Shown here: positions 39,220-50,433 of the stretch, in pieces
Numbering within the stretch: the first letter of the stretch is position 1
Layout of the letters: every line of letters begins with the position of its first letter
Assembly (NCBI GenBank): GCA_024704765.1
Contig: JAKMXF010000359.1
Location: 7,381 to 71,380 of the forward strand
Length of the DNA stretch: 64,000 nucleotides
DNA from: Oopsacas minuta
Taxonomy: Eukaryota; Animalia; Porifera
Direction of reading: 5' to 3'
Translations under genes and position numbers: made by a program
The notes under the pieces: model-generated
Told to the model about the DNA's origin: nothing
The model's input: the letters and a program-made list of their open reading frames with translations, nothing else
Databases searched by the model: none

Positions 39220-40531
39220 CAGGGTGTCTAATAAGTTCTGTTATACATTTTCGCGCCTTAGACAGTAGCTATTAATATACTTATGAAGTAATCTTCTAGA
39301 ATTTCTTGTAGCATTTTTGGCGCTCTTTCAAATTATAGCAAGTATATATCATTCAAGTTGATGATTTCCCAGAAAATCATGTTAGAAGAAATTCGTTCAA
39401 AAATTGTCACTTTTCACGAATCTGGATTTAGCAATAGTGAAATTCTAAAAAGGCTAAAAAATGATAAAGTGAATCCCATGTTGATCTATCGCACAATAAA
39501 ACGATATGTAGAGACTGGCAGCGTGTCCGACAGGAAACGAATTGGTCGTCCAAGATCCGCCCGCACACCAGCCCTGAAGAATAGTGTTAGATGTCGAATC
39601 CTAAGAAATCCCCGGCGTTCAATGCGAAAAATGTCTCGTGAATTCTGTGTCAATCACGAAACGATGCGGAAATTGGTTGTAGAGGACCTAGGAATGAAGT
39701 CCTATAAGCGGAAAAACGTACACCATCTTAACGACTCCATACGTCGTAAGCGACTCGAAAGATGCATACAACTAAAAGCCCGATTCGCTCCTGGGACTGA
39801 AGATCAGATTCTCTTCTCAGATGAGAAGCTGTTCACCGTTGAGGAGGCAAGCAATCGTCAAAACGACCGTATACTTGCTTCTCGAAGTCAGGATATCCCA
39901 GATAGCATCAAGTACATTGATAGAGTCCAGAAGCCTCTTTCTCTGATGGTATGGGCGGGAGTGTCGGCAGACTCACGGACAAACCTGATTTTTGTCCCCC
40001 AAGGAGTGAAAATAAACTCCCAGACGTACAGAGAACTGGTCTTGGAGCCTGAAATTGCGTCTGCGGGTGAGAAGCTCCTTCAAAACCATCCTTGGACTTA
40101 CCAACAAGACTCTGCGCCTGCACATGCTTCAAAAGTATCCCAGAGTTGGTTCCGTGAGCAAAATATCGATTTCATAAGTAAGGATGAATGGCTACCATCA
40201 AGCCCAGATTTAAACCCACTCGACTATTCTGTTTGGGCAAACTTGGAGAGCAGGGCCTGTGCGAAATCTCACAAGAGTTTGGAGTCCCTCAAAGTTAGTT
40301 TGTTGAGTGAATGGCAGAAAATCCCACAGGAGGAGCTGGGAAAAGCTGTCCATCAGTTTCGGAGCAGACTAACTTCCGTAATTCATAAAAAGGGAGGCTA
40401 TATTGAATGATATTTGTAATTTGTAATTAGGAACATAAGTCCTAAGAAAATAGAAAGTTTCATGGCTTTACAATGGATAAATTTGAAATTATTGGGGAAT
40501 TGATATATAACAGAACTTATTAGACACCCTG
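39220..40531 (+). mobile_element. Full-length maT (DD37D) transposon, 1312 bp
   Basis: Perfect TIRs CAGGGTGTCTAATAAGTTCTGTTATA with TA TSD. Confidence 0.95.
39361..40410 (+). CDS. Intact maT DD37D transposase
   Basis: FSDEK, QQDSAPAH and SPDLNPLDY, with 37 residues between the 2nd and 3rd catalytic D; N-terminal HTH with GRPR. ATG at 39361. Confidence 0.93.
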   Translation: MISQKIMLEEIRSKIVTFHESGFSNSEILKRLKNDKVNPMLIYRTIKRYVETGSVSDRKRIGRPRSARTPALKNSVRCRILRNPRRSMRKMSREFCVNHETMRKLVVEDLGMKSYKRKNVHHLNDSIRRKRLERCIQLKARFAPGTEDQILFSDEKLFTVEEASNRQNDRILASRSQDIPDSIKYIDRVQKPLSLMVWAGVSADSRTNLIFVPQGVKINSQTYRELVLEPEIASAGEKLLQNHPWTYQQDSAPAHASKVSQSWFREQNIDFISKDEWLPSSPDLNPLDYSVWANLESRACAKSHKSLESLKVSLLSEWQKIPQEELGKAVHQFRSRLTSVIHKKGGYIE

Positions 40532-43209
40532 TACAGCATTTGATTAAATTTGCTTTATCCTCATATTCTTCAGGGTATTTCATTACTAATTTTCTATCTC
40601 ACACTTAACACACACTTCGAATTCGATAAATTTGTTCTCATTATCATTGGATCGTTTTCAAAACATAAAATATTCATAATAATTCAATCAGATGGTCAAT
40701 TTCGTACAAATTTTACAATTTAAGATCCGGCCAAAATTTTGTAGAACTATTCTCGTGATCTTTATCAATTTTAAACTTAATGTCTATGTTGTAACTGATC
40801 CTGTGCATTGCATGAGCTGTACACATGTAAAACAGTAGCAACATTTAAATTTTCATTATTGGACACAAACTCCAACAGTTTTCATTTCTGATTTTACTTT
40901 CCTTAAACATTCCGCGGATTTCAAATATGTTAATTTGCCATAACAAATCCTTCTATTTTGTCAGAATCATTGAATTGCTTTTCAATATTTTGCTAACAGA
41001 ATTAGTATCTCTTTCTGTGCTCGATACAAGATAAATTGCGACTATAAGCACTCGTACCATATCTTGATGAGTTGAAAGAGATCCTTCAGAATACAACTTG
41101 ACCACTACGCAATTATTTAAATACTTCTTGTCCTTAATATAAATACATATGCTCTAAAATTATGGAATTTACACTCTACTCTAGCCAGTACAGCTACTTT
41201 GTGTGGAGACCTACCCGCCTAATCAGTTTGAGGCCCCTCTTAAGCAAATCAAAATTTCTAAATAATGAATTATCTCAAAATAACTGAAAATCAAAATTAT
41301 TCGAATTGGTAAACTTCAAAATACACATGTTATTTACAGCATGAAACTTAGAAACCAATACATTCGTTCAATTGATTAATGACATTCTATGGTTCGTATC
41401 AGTAATGCGCAAACTATCTCCCATTATGTGACTTCGATATAAAATTCTCCAGATTCACAACTTACAATCTCAAAGTCAACTCAAGAGCTGACATCTAACA
41501 ATGTGTCCACAACTTGTCCACTTTCTACATTACACTTAAGATTGTGAACCTGGGAGAGGGGAATTGGTTCTTTAACGAAACATTCAACGCGAACAAGGTA
41601 TTCAGAATAAATATTTTATAAGCTGGTAATACCATTAGTATCGAATTCCTTTCTTTGTTCCATAACCCAAATCATGAAAATGCTCAAAATTTTCCACTTA
41701 AGCACATATTTTTTACCAAACATTTGATAGACTGAAATATGGCCAGGTAGTGTTAGAACTAACCACAAAACTAACAGTGGCCTAGACTCAACAAAGCTAT
41801 TGCTATAAGCATCTGTGATGACATTAATGAAATGAAAACACTCATCAATAAACATGCATCAGTGAATTGCAAAAATCCAGATATATTTCTAGCATTAGAT
41901 AACGGGTATAATGCGCCATCTACCCACAACTGAGCTTCAGATGTATTGAAGAAATAATTGTTCTTCAGAATTACCATTATCAATACAAAAAATTAATTTG
42001 ACTCCTTCAAACAAGTGTAAATATAGATTAACAAAATGATGAAACCAAAATATTGAAGACTCAGCTACAGCCTACTTATATCTTTTATATTTATCACCAT
42101 ACAAGCAAATCTAGGTGTTGGGATATATTAGATATGTTAGTTCAGAGAAAATAACACAAGATTGCCACAAATGTTATTAGATACGTACGTATTTACTTGT
42201 GTGCACAAGAATGAAGTTAAACATTGACTCAAATGAAAATCAACCATTCAAAATATGTCACCACCAAATGTTAATAAAAAATTAAAGGTTTGAAAATCAA
42301 AACTTATTGCTTAAAAAGTTCAACTCTTCTTTCCAATGATACTAATTCCCTTTAAATCTGATGAGTATAAGTGAGTCAAATTAGTGATTCATGTGGTGCT
42401 AGTCTTACTCCGTTGAATTTTTCAAAAAAATAAAATATTTCAAATAGTAATGAATATTGTTAAACGAAATTTTAAACTCAAATCCACCAGCCCTCAATTG
42501 TATGTAGAAGAAAACTTGTATCAAAATAATGAGAAGCCGGCCAATTAACACATTATAGTTGACACGAGTGGAAAAATTTTCATAACCTCAATGCTAAGTC
42601 ATCACATATTTTTACAATTATGGTGACATTTTCGTAATCCACCAACGCTATACTTCTGAATAATGATAAGATTCTTTTCTCTAGCTATACGGTAAGTAGG
42701 GCAAATACACGATTGAAGTGAACACATTTTACTATGCCGACTATATATTCGTATAGTGGCCCAATATTGAAACCGTAGCATATGTTATTCTTTCTGGATT
42801 TTTCTCTGTAAAAGCCCTGCAGGCAAAACTGGATAGAATAAAGGTGGTATATGGTCTATTCAAAATTTAAGATATTTGTTGGGTGTACTTCTTCTTATTT
42901 GTTAACAATAGGTATTTCTAGTGTTGTATATAATATGTATTCATTGAATATCTAAATTTACTGGTAGTTTTTATTATTTCGATAATATTTATGAATATAT
43001 TATTTTTCAAATTAACGTGGATAGTTTTAATGATTATGTTTTGCCCGATAATATAACCATTGAAGAATTGTAGAGGTTGTTCTAAACAGCAAAAGGGGTA
43101 ATTCAATACGCTGATTCCGAATTTGACACTCTTGAATTTGTACCGATGAAATCTCCCCCTGTATTCCCTTCTATTAATATTATCTAGTCAACTGATAATT
43201 CCTGCAAAC

Positions 43210-43410
43210 AAAAATACAAAATTGCAAGCTGTGCCGACAGCCTAGTCTATTAAATTCAATTTGTTTAAATGTGGCACTATGAATTAGGGCACTATGTCCA
43301 TTGGGATTAAACTTTACTTTTTATAGTGCCTTCAATTAATAGTGCCACATTCAAACAAATTGAATTTATTAGACTAAGTTATCGGCACAGGTTACAATTT
43401 TGTATTTTTT
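43210..43410. repeat. About 200-bp imperfect hairpin (foldback MITE-like)
   Basis: Arms of about 85 bp (aaaaatacaaaattg...gtggcactat / atagtgccac...caattttgtattttt) around a loop of about 28 bp. Confidence 0.75.
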
Positions 43411-44416
43411 CCATTTGAATTTGAAACCCTTCAATGTGACAAATGTTCTTACGTCATGAATCCGGCCAAATGTTACCATCATTGGATTATTACGTCATCA
43501 TGACTGTACAAAATAATCCAATTTTCCAAATTTCAAAATTTCTAATACCCGCGGCATACATGGCCCAGGTTACTAACCAGCCATTTAGCAGCTCCAGTAT
43601 AACCACATAAGGCCATTAAATGGAATTTGGACAGACCATGGACAATAATTGTGTAACCTTTCCTCAAAAATTAACCCCTCACCTAGTGCTGAGTATATCT
43701 TGTCACGTAACAACCAAATGCAGCAAGAAATGTTGTCGTTTGATTTTAAGATAATCTGTTCCGCTAGAATTACATAAAATTGAATATTCTGAACTTTGAT
43801 TTCCATTTCCATTGGATTCCTTGTCGCTTATACCATAAATTTGGTAAATGTAGAGGAGTCAAACAATTTCCTCTGTTATCACAATTTGAAATATGAAAGT
43901 GGTTTTGAAAGTTAGGGAAATCACACTTAAACCCCAAAATTCAATACTATGTGACTTCATAACGGATAAATCATATGTGTAAATGATTCGAAAATTGACC
44001 ATACTTGATAACTGGTTAGTATCTATCCACACAGCATTTTATATTCATCTGAGGATGTTGGTGAATTGCTGGATAATCTGAAGTACAATTCCGCTAATGG
44101 AGAATTGGTCTTTTGCCCAAATATATATGTTGAATATTTAGATAGCAAAGAATATCAACCATCATATGCTAAAGTTTTCAGGAGAGTGATTTTTGGCAAA
44201 ATATGACATGATTTGATCGCGTTAAGACACTAAAATAATGTCTTATATTTCAAAGTGAACCTACTAGATAAGTTATAGACACGTGTACACCAAATATCAA
44301 AAATATGGAATAAAAGTTGGCTCGTTCCAGAGCTACAGTAGAGATTAACGATGACAATATATATTGAATACGAAGATATAACTCGAAATTACTTAAAAAT
44401 CTATCTATACAAAATA

Positions 44417-45688
44417 CGAAGGGCACTCGAAAAGTTTTGACGTTGACCGATATATCAGATAGTAATCATAAAATTGACAATTACATGTTTTCCAAATACT
44501 CTCTCTGACAATCTATACATTTTTCATTCTGGTAAACCAATTATCAAAACATATTTTCCACTCTTTTTTGGGTATTTCTTCAATCGCTTGGAAAAGTGCC
44601 CCTCTCAACTCCTCATTAGTCGAAAATCTCCTCCCACGTAATTGATCTTTGAGTCTAGGGAACAACCAGAAGTCGCAAGGGGCTAAATCAGTACTGTAGG
44701 GTGGGTGAGGTAATGTTTTGAGTCCAGAATTTTCCAAAAACTCACGAGTTCTGATTGGGGTATGCGATGATGCAATATCATGATGAAGAAGAAGTCCTCT
44801 AATGCCAGGCTTCTCCCGTTGTGAGTCAATTGCTGTGATGACTTTGGATAGGCATATTGTAGTGTACCAGCCGGCAGTAACAGTCTTTATATCCTCGAGA
44901 GCAACAGCTTCGATAAACCCACTAGATCTGAAAAAAATCGCCCACATTTGTTTCCCAATAGATCTAGCCCACCGCACTTTGGTTGGAGGTGGGGCATCTT
45001 CTTCAACCCAATCCGTGGACATTCGCTTTGTTTCTGGCTCATAATGGTATATCCATGTCTCATCACCTGTAAGGATCTCAGAAACAGCTCTTGAACTTCC
45101 ATTAGCAAACCTTTTGAGCATAATTTTCCAAAAGTCTATACGGGATATTTTTTGCTGTAAGTTCAAAGAATGGGGGATCCATCGGGCACACAACTTCCTG
45201 ACACAAAGCTCTTTGTGCAAAATGATATTAATTGTCCCCGATGATAACTCGGTTCCATACTCTAACTGAGCGTACGTAATATGAGGATCTTTAGTAATTA
45301 GATCTAGCATTTCGTTAACATTTTCTTCATTATGTGAAATATTCGGTCTTCCTGAACGAAGGGCATCTTCAAGAACAAAGTTTCCGTGAATAAATTCCTT
45401 GTACCATCGTTCAACTCTACTTAGAGAAGGAACTAGATCCGGAAATGCTCCTGTAAAGATTCATAGATTTCTACTCTTGTCTTTTGTAGTTTGAATAGAT
45501 CAAAATCATTGCTTGAAAATCACGTTTTGTGAGATCTGATATAGATTGAGATACTTTAGAAGCTAGAAGCCATCTATACTAAAATTATCTAATTTATGAA
45601 AGTAGAAGAGATAAATGAATGAAATTTTCAAAGTAGACTAATAAAATATGTCTGAAAAGATGGATGCGGAAAAATATCCGACAGATTA
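44417..45688 (-). mobile_element. mariner (DD34D) element, copy 2; right TIR present, left TIR missing
   Basis: TA|CGAAGGGCACTCGAAAAGTTTTG at 44417. Nearly identical to 27488-28647 in reverse complement. ORF 44513-45310. Confidence 0.92.
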
Positions 45689-47071
45689 CCTATGCATATA
45701 TTTGTTGCAGTGTAAATGCAAGTTTGTTGTGATTGCTATCACACTGACTACCTAGTGTACTTGCAATCGCACTGGTGTACTCCCAATCACGCCAACCTAT
45801 TGTTGTAAGTGCGAGCTTTGAATAGAATCAATATTGGGTAAATTTTAATTACTGATCTCTGCTACATGGAATATGAGTAATCCTAATTTGGGATAATTAG
45901 GCTAAGGTACTGTTGCGTGAGATTGTAACTCATTAGTATTATTGGACCAGGGACAGCCTTTCACCGTGAGATTTTAACTCATCTATATTAAACGACTGTG
46001 AATTTGCAGGATATTCGACCAGGATCATTTCAATCACTAATTTGTCCTACTTGTACTCATCAGATTTACCCGAAATCAATATCATTCGGTAGAGGAATGT
46101 TGGACGTTGTATAAAATATAATTCTCTTAAACATTTTTTAACTTTTACCTATCTATTTTGTCATGACGAGTAGGGTCACTTCTCTATTAAATCGGCGACC
46201 TATAAGTGAGAATACAAATCTGAAATTTTGTGTCTATATTTGTGACCCATGGACGTTTATGTAAATTAAATTTCATCCAAAAATTCCTAAAACTCGAGGC
46301 GATACAAGTATTCAAAGTTGAAGTCAGAGTTAGATTGGAGGGGGTGAGTATCATTTTACAGAAAGTAGGGTCAGTTCAAATTGATATTTGATATCCCAAA
46401 TCGTAGTCAAACTATTATATTTTGATGACAATCGATAGCTGAGACATGGGTGTATACCATTATGTCGCTATATTCCTGAAATTCTGAAAGATACAGCCAC
46501 AATGGGGTTCTATAAATGGCACAATTGTCGTTTTTTATGTATTTTCGAATTTTCAATTTAGACTCCAATTTCAAAATAATTCATTCCCAGAATCTCCTGA
46601 AACTTTACAAGCTCCTTCTTTTATATTATATCATTCAATTTTCTTTAAAAAAATACAGGGGTCGCTAGTACTTTTCTAATGAATGTTACAAAATTGATAT
46701 TTTGTGAAAAATACCATTATTCACATTATCTAATACAATACTAGATAATATCATAAGACTAATGAGCATGCTGTTATTTACGCATGAAGTAACACATGTT
46801 ATAACTCTTCTCTTGGTTCCCATTCTAATGTTGCTGCAACTAACGAATAATTAAACCGAAAAATGCTGAAATTACGAATTACATTTTCTATTTTTATCCA
46901 TCGCAATGAAATCTACATATTGACAAATAATGATTATTCGGTTGTTGTAGCAACATTAGAATGGGAACCAAGAGAATAGTTATAACATGTGTTACTTCAT
47001 CGTAAACAACAGCATGCTCATTAGTCTTATGATATTATCTAGTATTGTATTAGATAATGTGAATAATGGTA

Positions 47072-50000
47072 CACAGTGGCTTAGTAGTAGAGAATTAAGA
47101 AATTTTTTATAGTAATGCTTTCATTCCTTTATGGTTTCTTTGTGTTTCTAAACATTCAAGTAGCATCCATTCCAATTTTCGAATCATTTGGTAGCCTATT
47201 AGTTATGTAAATTTGAATCGAAACTTTGTGGTTTTTGATGTTGAAATTATCGTTTCAGAGAATTCAAAATATAAAAGATTTTCACAAAGATTCTGATTCT
47301 TTATAGAATGTATTAGCGATCTATTGTTTCATCTATTCTAGACAATTTTGCATGCTGATTTCTAATTTTGTATCAGATATATTCTAAACTGTACTTTTCA
47401 CGTGAAGGGTTGTTGTACTCAGGGTAAAAATGAATCCCATTTATATTTTTGAAAGTGTCTGAAAAAAAAGTCAAGGAACGTCAAAGCGAAAATAATACCA
47501 GTTGTTGTTTACAATTTATGCTATGTTATATGAAGATGACAGCCCCGAAACAATGCGCAACTTTGATTTTTTGGTCACATTCCATTGTCTGTAATCGTTG
47601 CTATGGAAATTCCTAAAGTGATATCTGTAACTATGTAATTGAATACCCGTCTAATCCTAATTCTTCTTGGAAATTACTGCACAAAATTAAACATATAACG
47701 TGTATATATACGTGTACTTATGTTTTCAATCATACACCTTTATTTTCTCATAGATAGTTTATCCGTGATCAATGGCCGAACCAATTACTCCGATGACTTC
47801 CCCCGAATCCCGTCTCGATTTAGCGAGAATCCTGAAAGCAAATGGCAATTGCGTCCAAACAACTCTCTGTTATCTTAGCGATCTCCATGGATTAGACGAT
47901 GCCAAGCAGGCTAAACTTGAATTGATTCTACGTAGAATACGAGATATGATTAGAACTTCAAAAAAATCACTTGAATCTTTGCATGGAGATTGGTGGCATT
48001 CTGAAATTTGCTCAGAATTATTTATAGCTTCACAAGCCCCCCAAAAAACTAAGTCGGTGCGCCAAAAGAAAGAACTTATCAATCTTTCATTGCAACATCA
48101 GCGTTCCCGAATCTCTAGTGTCCTTGAGTCTATCAGATCCATCTCGGTAATCGAAAAAACTTCTGAAATTACAATTGCAGCTCTTGCTTTGCAATTGTTG
48201 TGCAATGAAGAAGACAATCGAGAAGTTGCAAGGGTATCTAAATCAATTGTTCAAGGAAAATTCTCTGGTCAATTCGGGCGTGCATCCAAAAGCAAAGAAT
48301 TGGATGTGGACAAGGCATTATTTCTTTTGGATCTACTAGAGATTGGCAAGAGGAAGTATACTCTACTACGACAACTTTTGTTATCAAATGAAATTCACTT
48401 TCCTACATATCAGAGGGTGGCCGATCATAGAAATAATTTAGTACTACGAAGTATGATTCAACTATACCCGAATCCTACAGCCCCAGTTGGTGTGTGTGTG
48501 TGCCATACGCTCAATTTGTCTACCATACATTTTGTAGAATTATGTCCACTCTACCGTCCCCTTCAAATGAGGATTTTCCTCTTCGATTTCAGATTGCTGA
48601 TGGCTTAGATGGATCTGGAAAGCATACCGTATATAATCAACCAAATACGAATACGTCTACCAAATCATTCATCTTATTTTGCTTCAAAGCAATACACATT
48701 GTCAATTCTAGTGGAAAGGAACTTTGGAAAAACAACTACCCGAATTCTCCATTCTCCCAACGTCCAATTTTCCTTCTTGCTGCCACAGAAAATCATGACA
48801 ATATTCACCAATTTATGAAAGATATCATCAATCCCGAAACTGATCAAATGAAGGACCAAGGTTTCTATTTTGCCGATGATAAACATATATTTGTCGATGT
48901 TGTCCGATCAATGCTTGATGGTAAAATGGCAAGTATTCTCTCAGGAGCAGGAGGTGCAAGTTGCCAACTATGTACTGCAACGCAGAAAGAACTAAAAGAT
49001 CGTGATTTAATTTTGCAAGGCTATCCCATCAATAGAAACATTTCAGACGCAATTCAATTATTTGGAGAACTGGAAGACATTGATGCTTTCTTTTCATTAC
49101 CAACAAATCAAAGATTTAACCTGACTCACCAACCATTATCAACAATAGATATTCTACCTGCTTCTCCCTTACATTCCTATACGTGCATTTTTAGATGGTT
49201 TAATTTACTTGTGTACCACCTGAATTGTAACAAGCTCACATGGTCACCATCATCAAAAGAAATTAAAGACTCCATGGTGGATGTGCGAACCATAGTTCAA
49301 GAAGTACCAGGTCTAAGAATTGACCAACCAGACCCCAAAGGAGGTACTACTTCCACTGGTGGTGTGGCTCGAAGAGCTTTTTCAAATGACTCCAAGTTTA
49401 TTGAATGCGCAATGTCTTTGGTTAAGATTGATCATAGGGACTCACTTTGTAAATTGCACACACAATTATTTGTCATTCTGAGAATCATAAATTCAGACAG
49501 AAAAATCAATACAGAAGAATTGGGTTGCCTTTGTACAGACACCTATCTCCTTATTCTTCAATCCTTTCCCTGGGTGAACATTACACCGACTTTACATAAA
49601 TTACTAGCCCATTCTGAAGAAATACTGAGAGAGATGAACTTTGAGTATGGATTGAAATGCTTTAGCGAAGAAGGATCCGAAGCCTGCAACAAATTACTCA
49701 GGAAATATAGGGAACATCTAGCAAGGAAAACTTCCTTCGAGGATAATGTCATTGATATATTTGTCAGACTCTCATCTGAAAGCGATCCTGTGTTAATGAA
49801 ATATCGATCGACAGTGGTGTGCGCAAATTGCGGAGAACACGGTCATACCCGAAGAGCTAAGTGCTGTAGAGACAATGCAACAGATTTATTAGAATCATCT
49901 ATTGATAATATCGTCAAGGGCCTTATTATTGATACGATATTGTAACAACGTAGTTTGCTGAATGTTAGTGAATAAATAATACAATAAAACACCCCTTAAT

Positions 50001-50433
50001 ATAAGTGCTTATTGTTTTTATCCAGAAATTGTTAGAATTGATATATATATTAGCAAAAAAAGATATGAATAAATTCTAAAAACGCATTTAGAAGTATGAA
50101 GTACAAAAGCAAAATTGTGTATGACGTCATTTTATAAAAATTATGAATAATTTTGTATTTCTAACAGTTATAATTGCTTCCATGGATATGATATACTATA
50201 CCCAAATAATACAATTTATAGGGCTAACATTGTTATACAATCAGATATTAAAGAAAAACAAAATTCAGCATAAAGCTATGACGTCAGAACATAATATATA
50301 GAAACCTTATAAAAATTTGGATGCACCAAATGATTCCTAGCATATGATAACTTATATGCTAATAATACATTACATATGTCTATTTCAAATGAAAATACCC
50401 ATTCTTTACTAACTCCCATTTTAAGCCACTGTG
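47072..50433 (+). mobile_element. Complete Transib/RAG1-like transposon A, 3362 bp
   Basis: 12-bp perfect TIR CACAGTGGCTTA. 5-bp TSD TGGTA at 47067-47071 and 50434-50438. The opposite foldback arm shows the empty site with a single TACCA. Confidence 0.96.
47772..49945 (+). CDS. Transib/RAG1-like transposase, about 723 aa once a 2-nt (TG) slip at 48491-48502 is corrected
   Basis: Catalytic D (GLDGSG), D (SMLDGKM) and E (SEEGSEACNK); Zn ligands CQLC and LHKLLAH; C-terminal CANCGEHGHTRRAKCC. ORFs 47772 and 48494 join across the (TG)6 run. Confidence 0.9.

Larger units (their letters stand above)
36052..42722. repeat. Inverted repeat pair with about 445-bp arms (36052-36495 and 42277-42722) around a 5.8-kb spacer
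   Basis: The arms match as reverse complements with few mismatches by eye. No TSD was recognised. Confidence 0.9.

Noticed and set aside
40600-42200. Short ORFs in the spacer of the 445-bp inverted repeat as a cargo gene
   Set aside because: Stop-ridden in the frames examined, with no motif I can recognise; a translated search would be needed.
47072-50433. RAG2-like gene or canonical 12/23 RSS in element A
   Set aside because: No kelch/PHD-like ORF and no space for one; no ACAAAAACC-like nonamer 12 or 23 nt from either heptamer.
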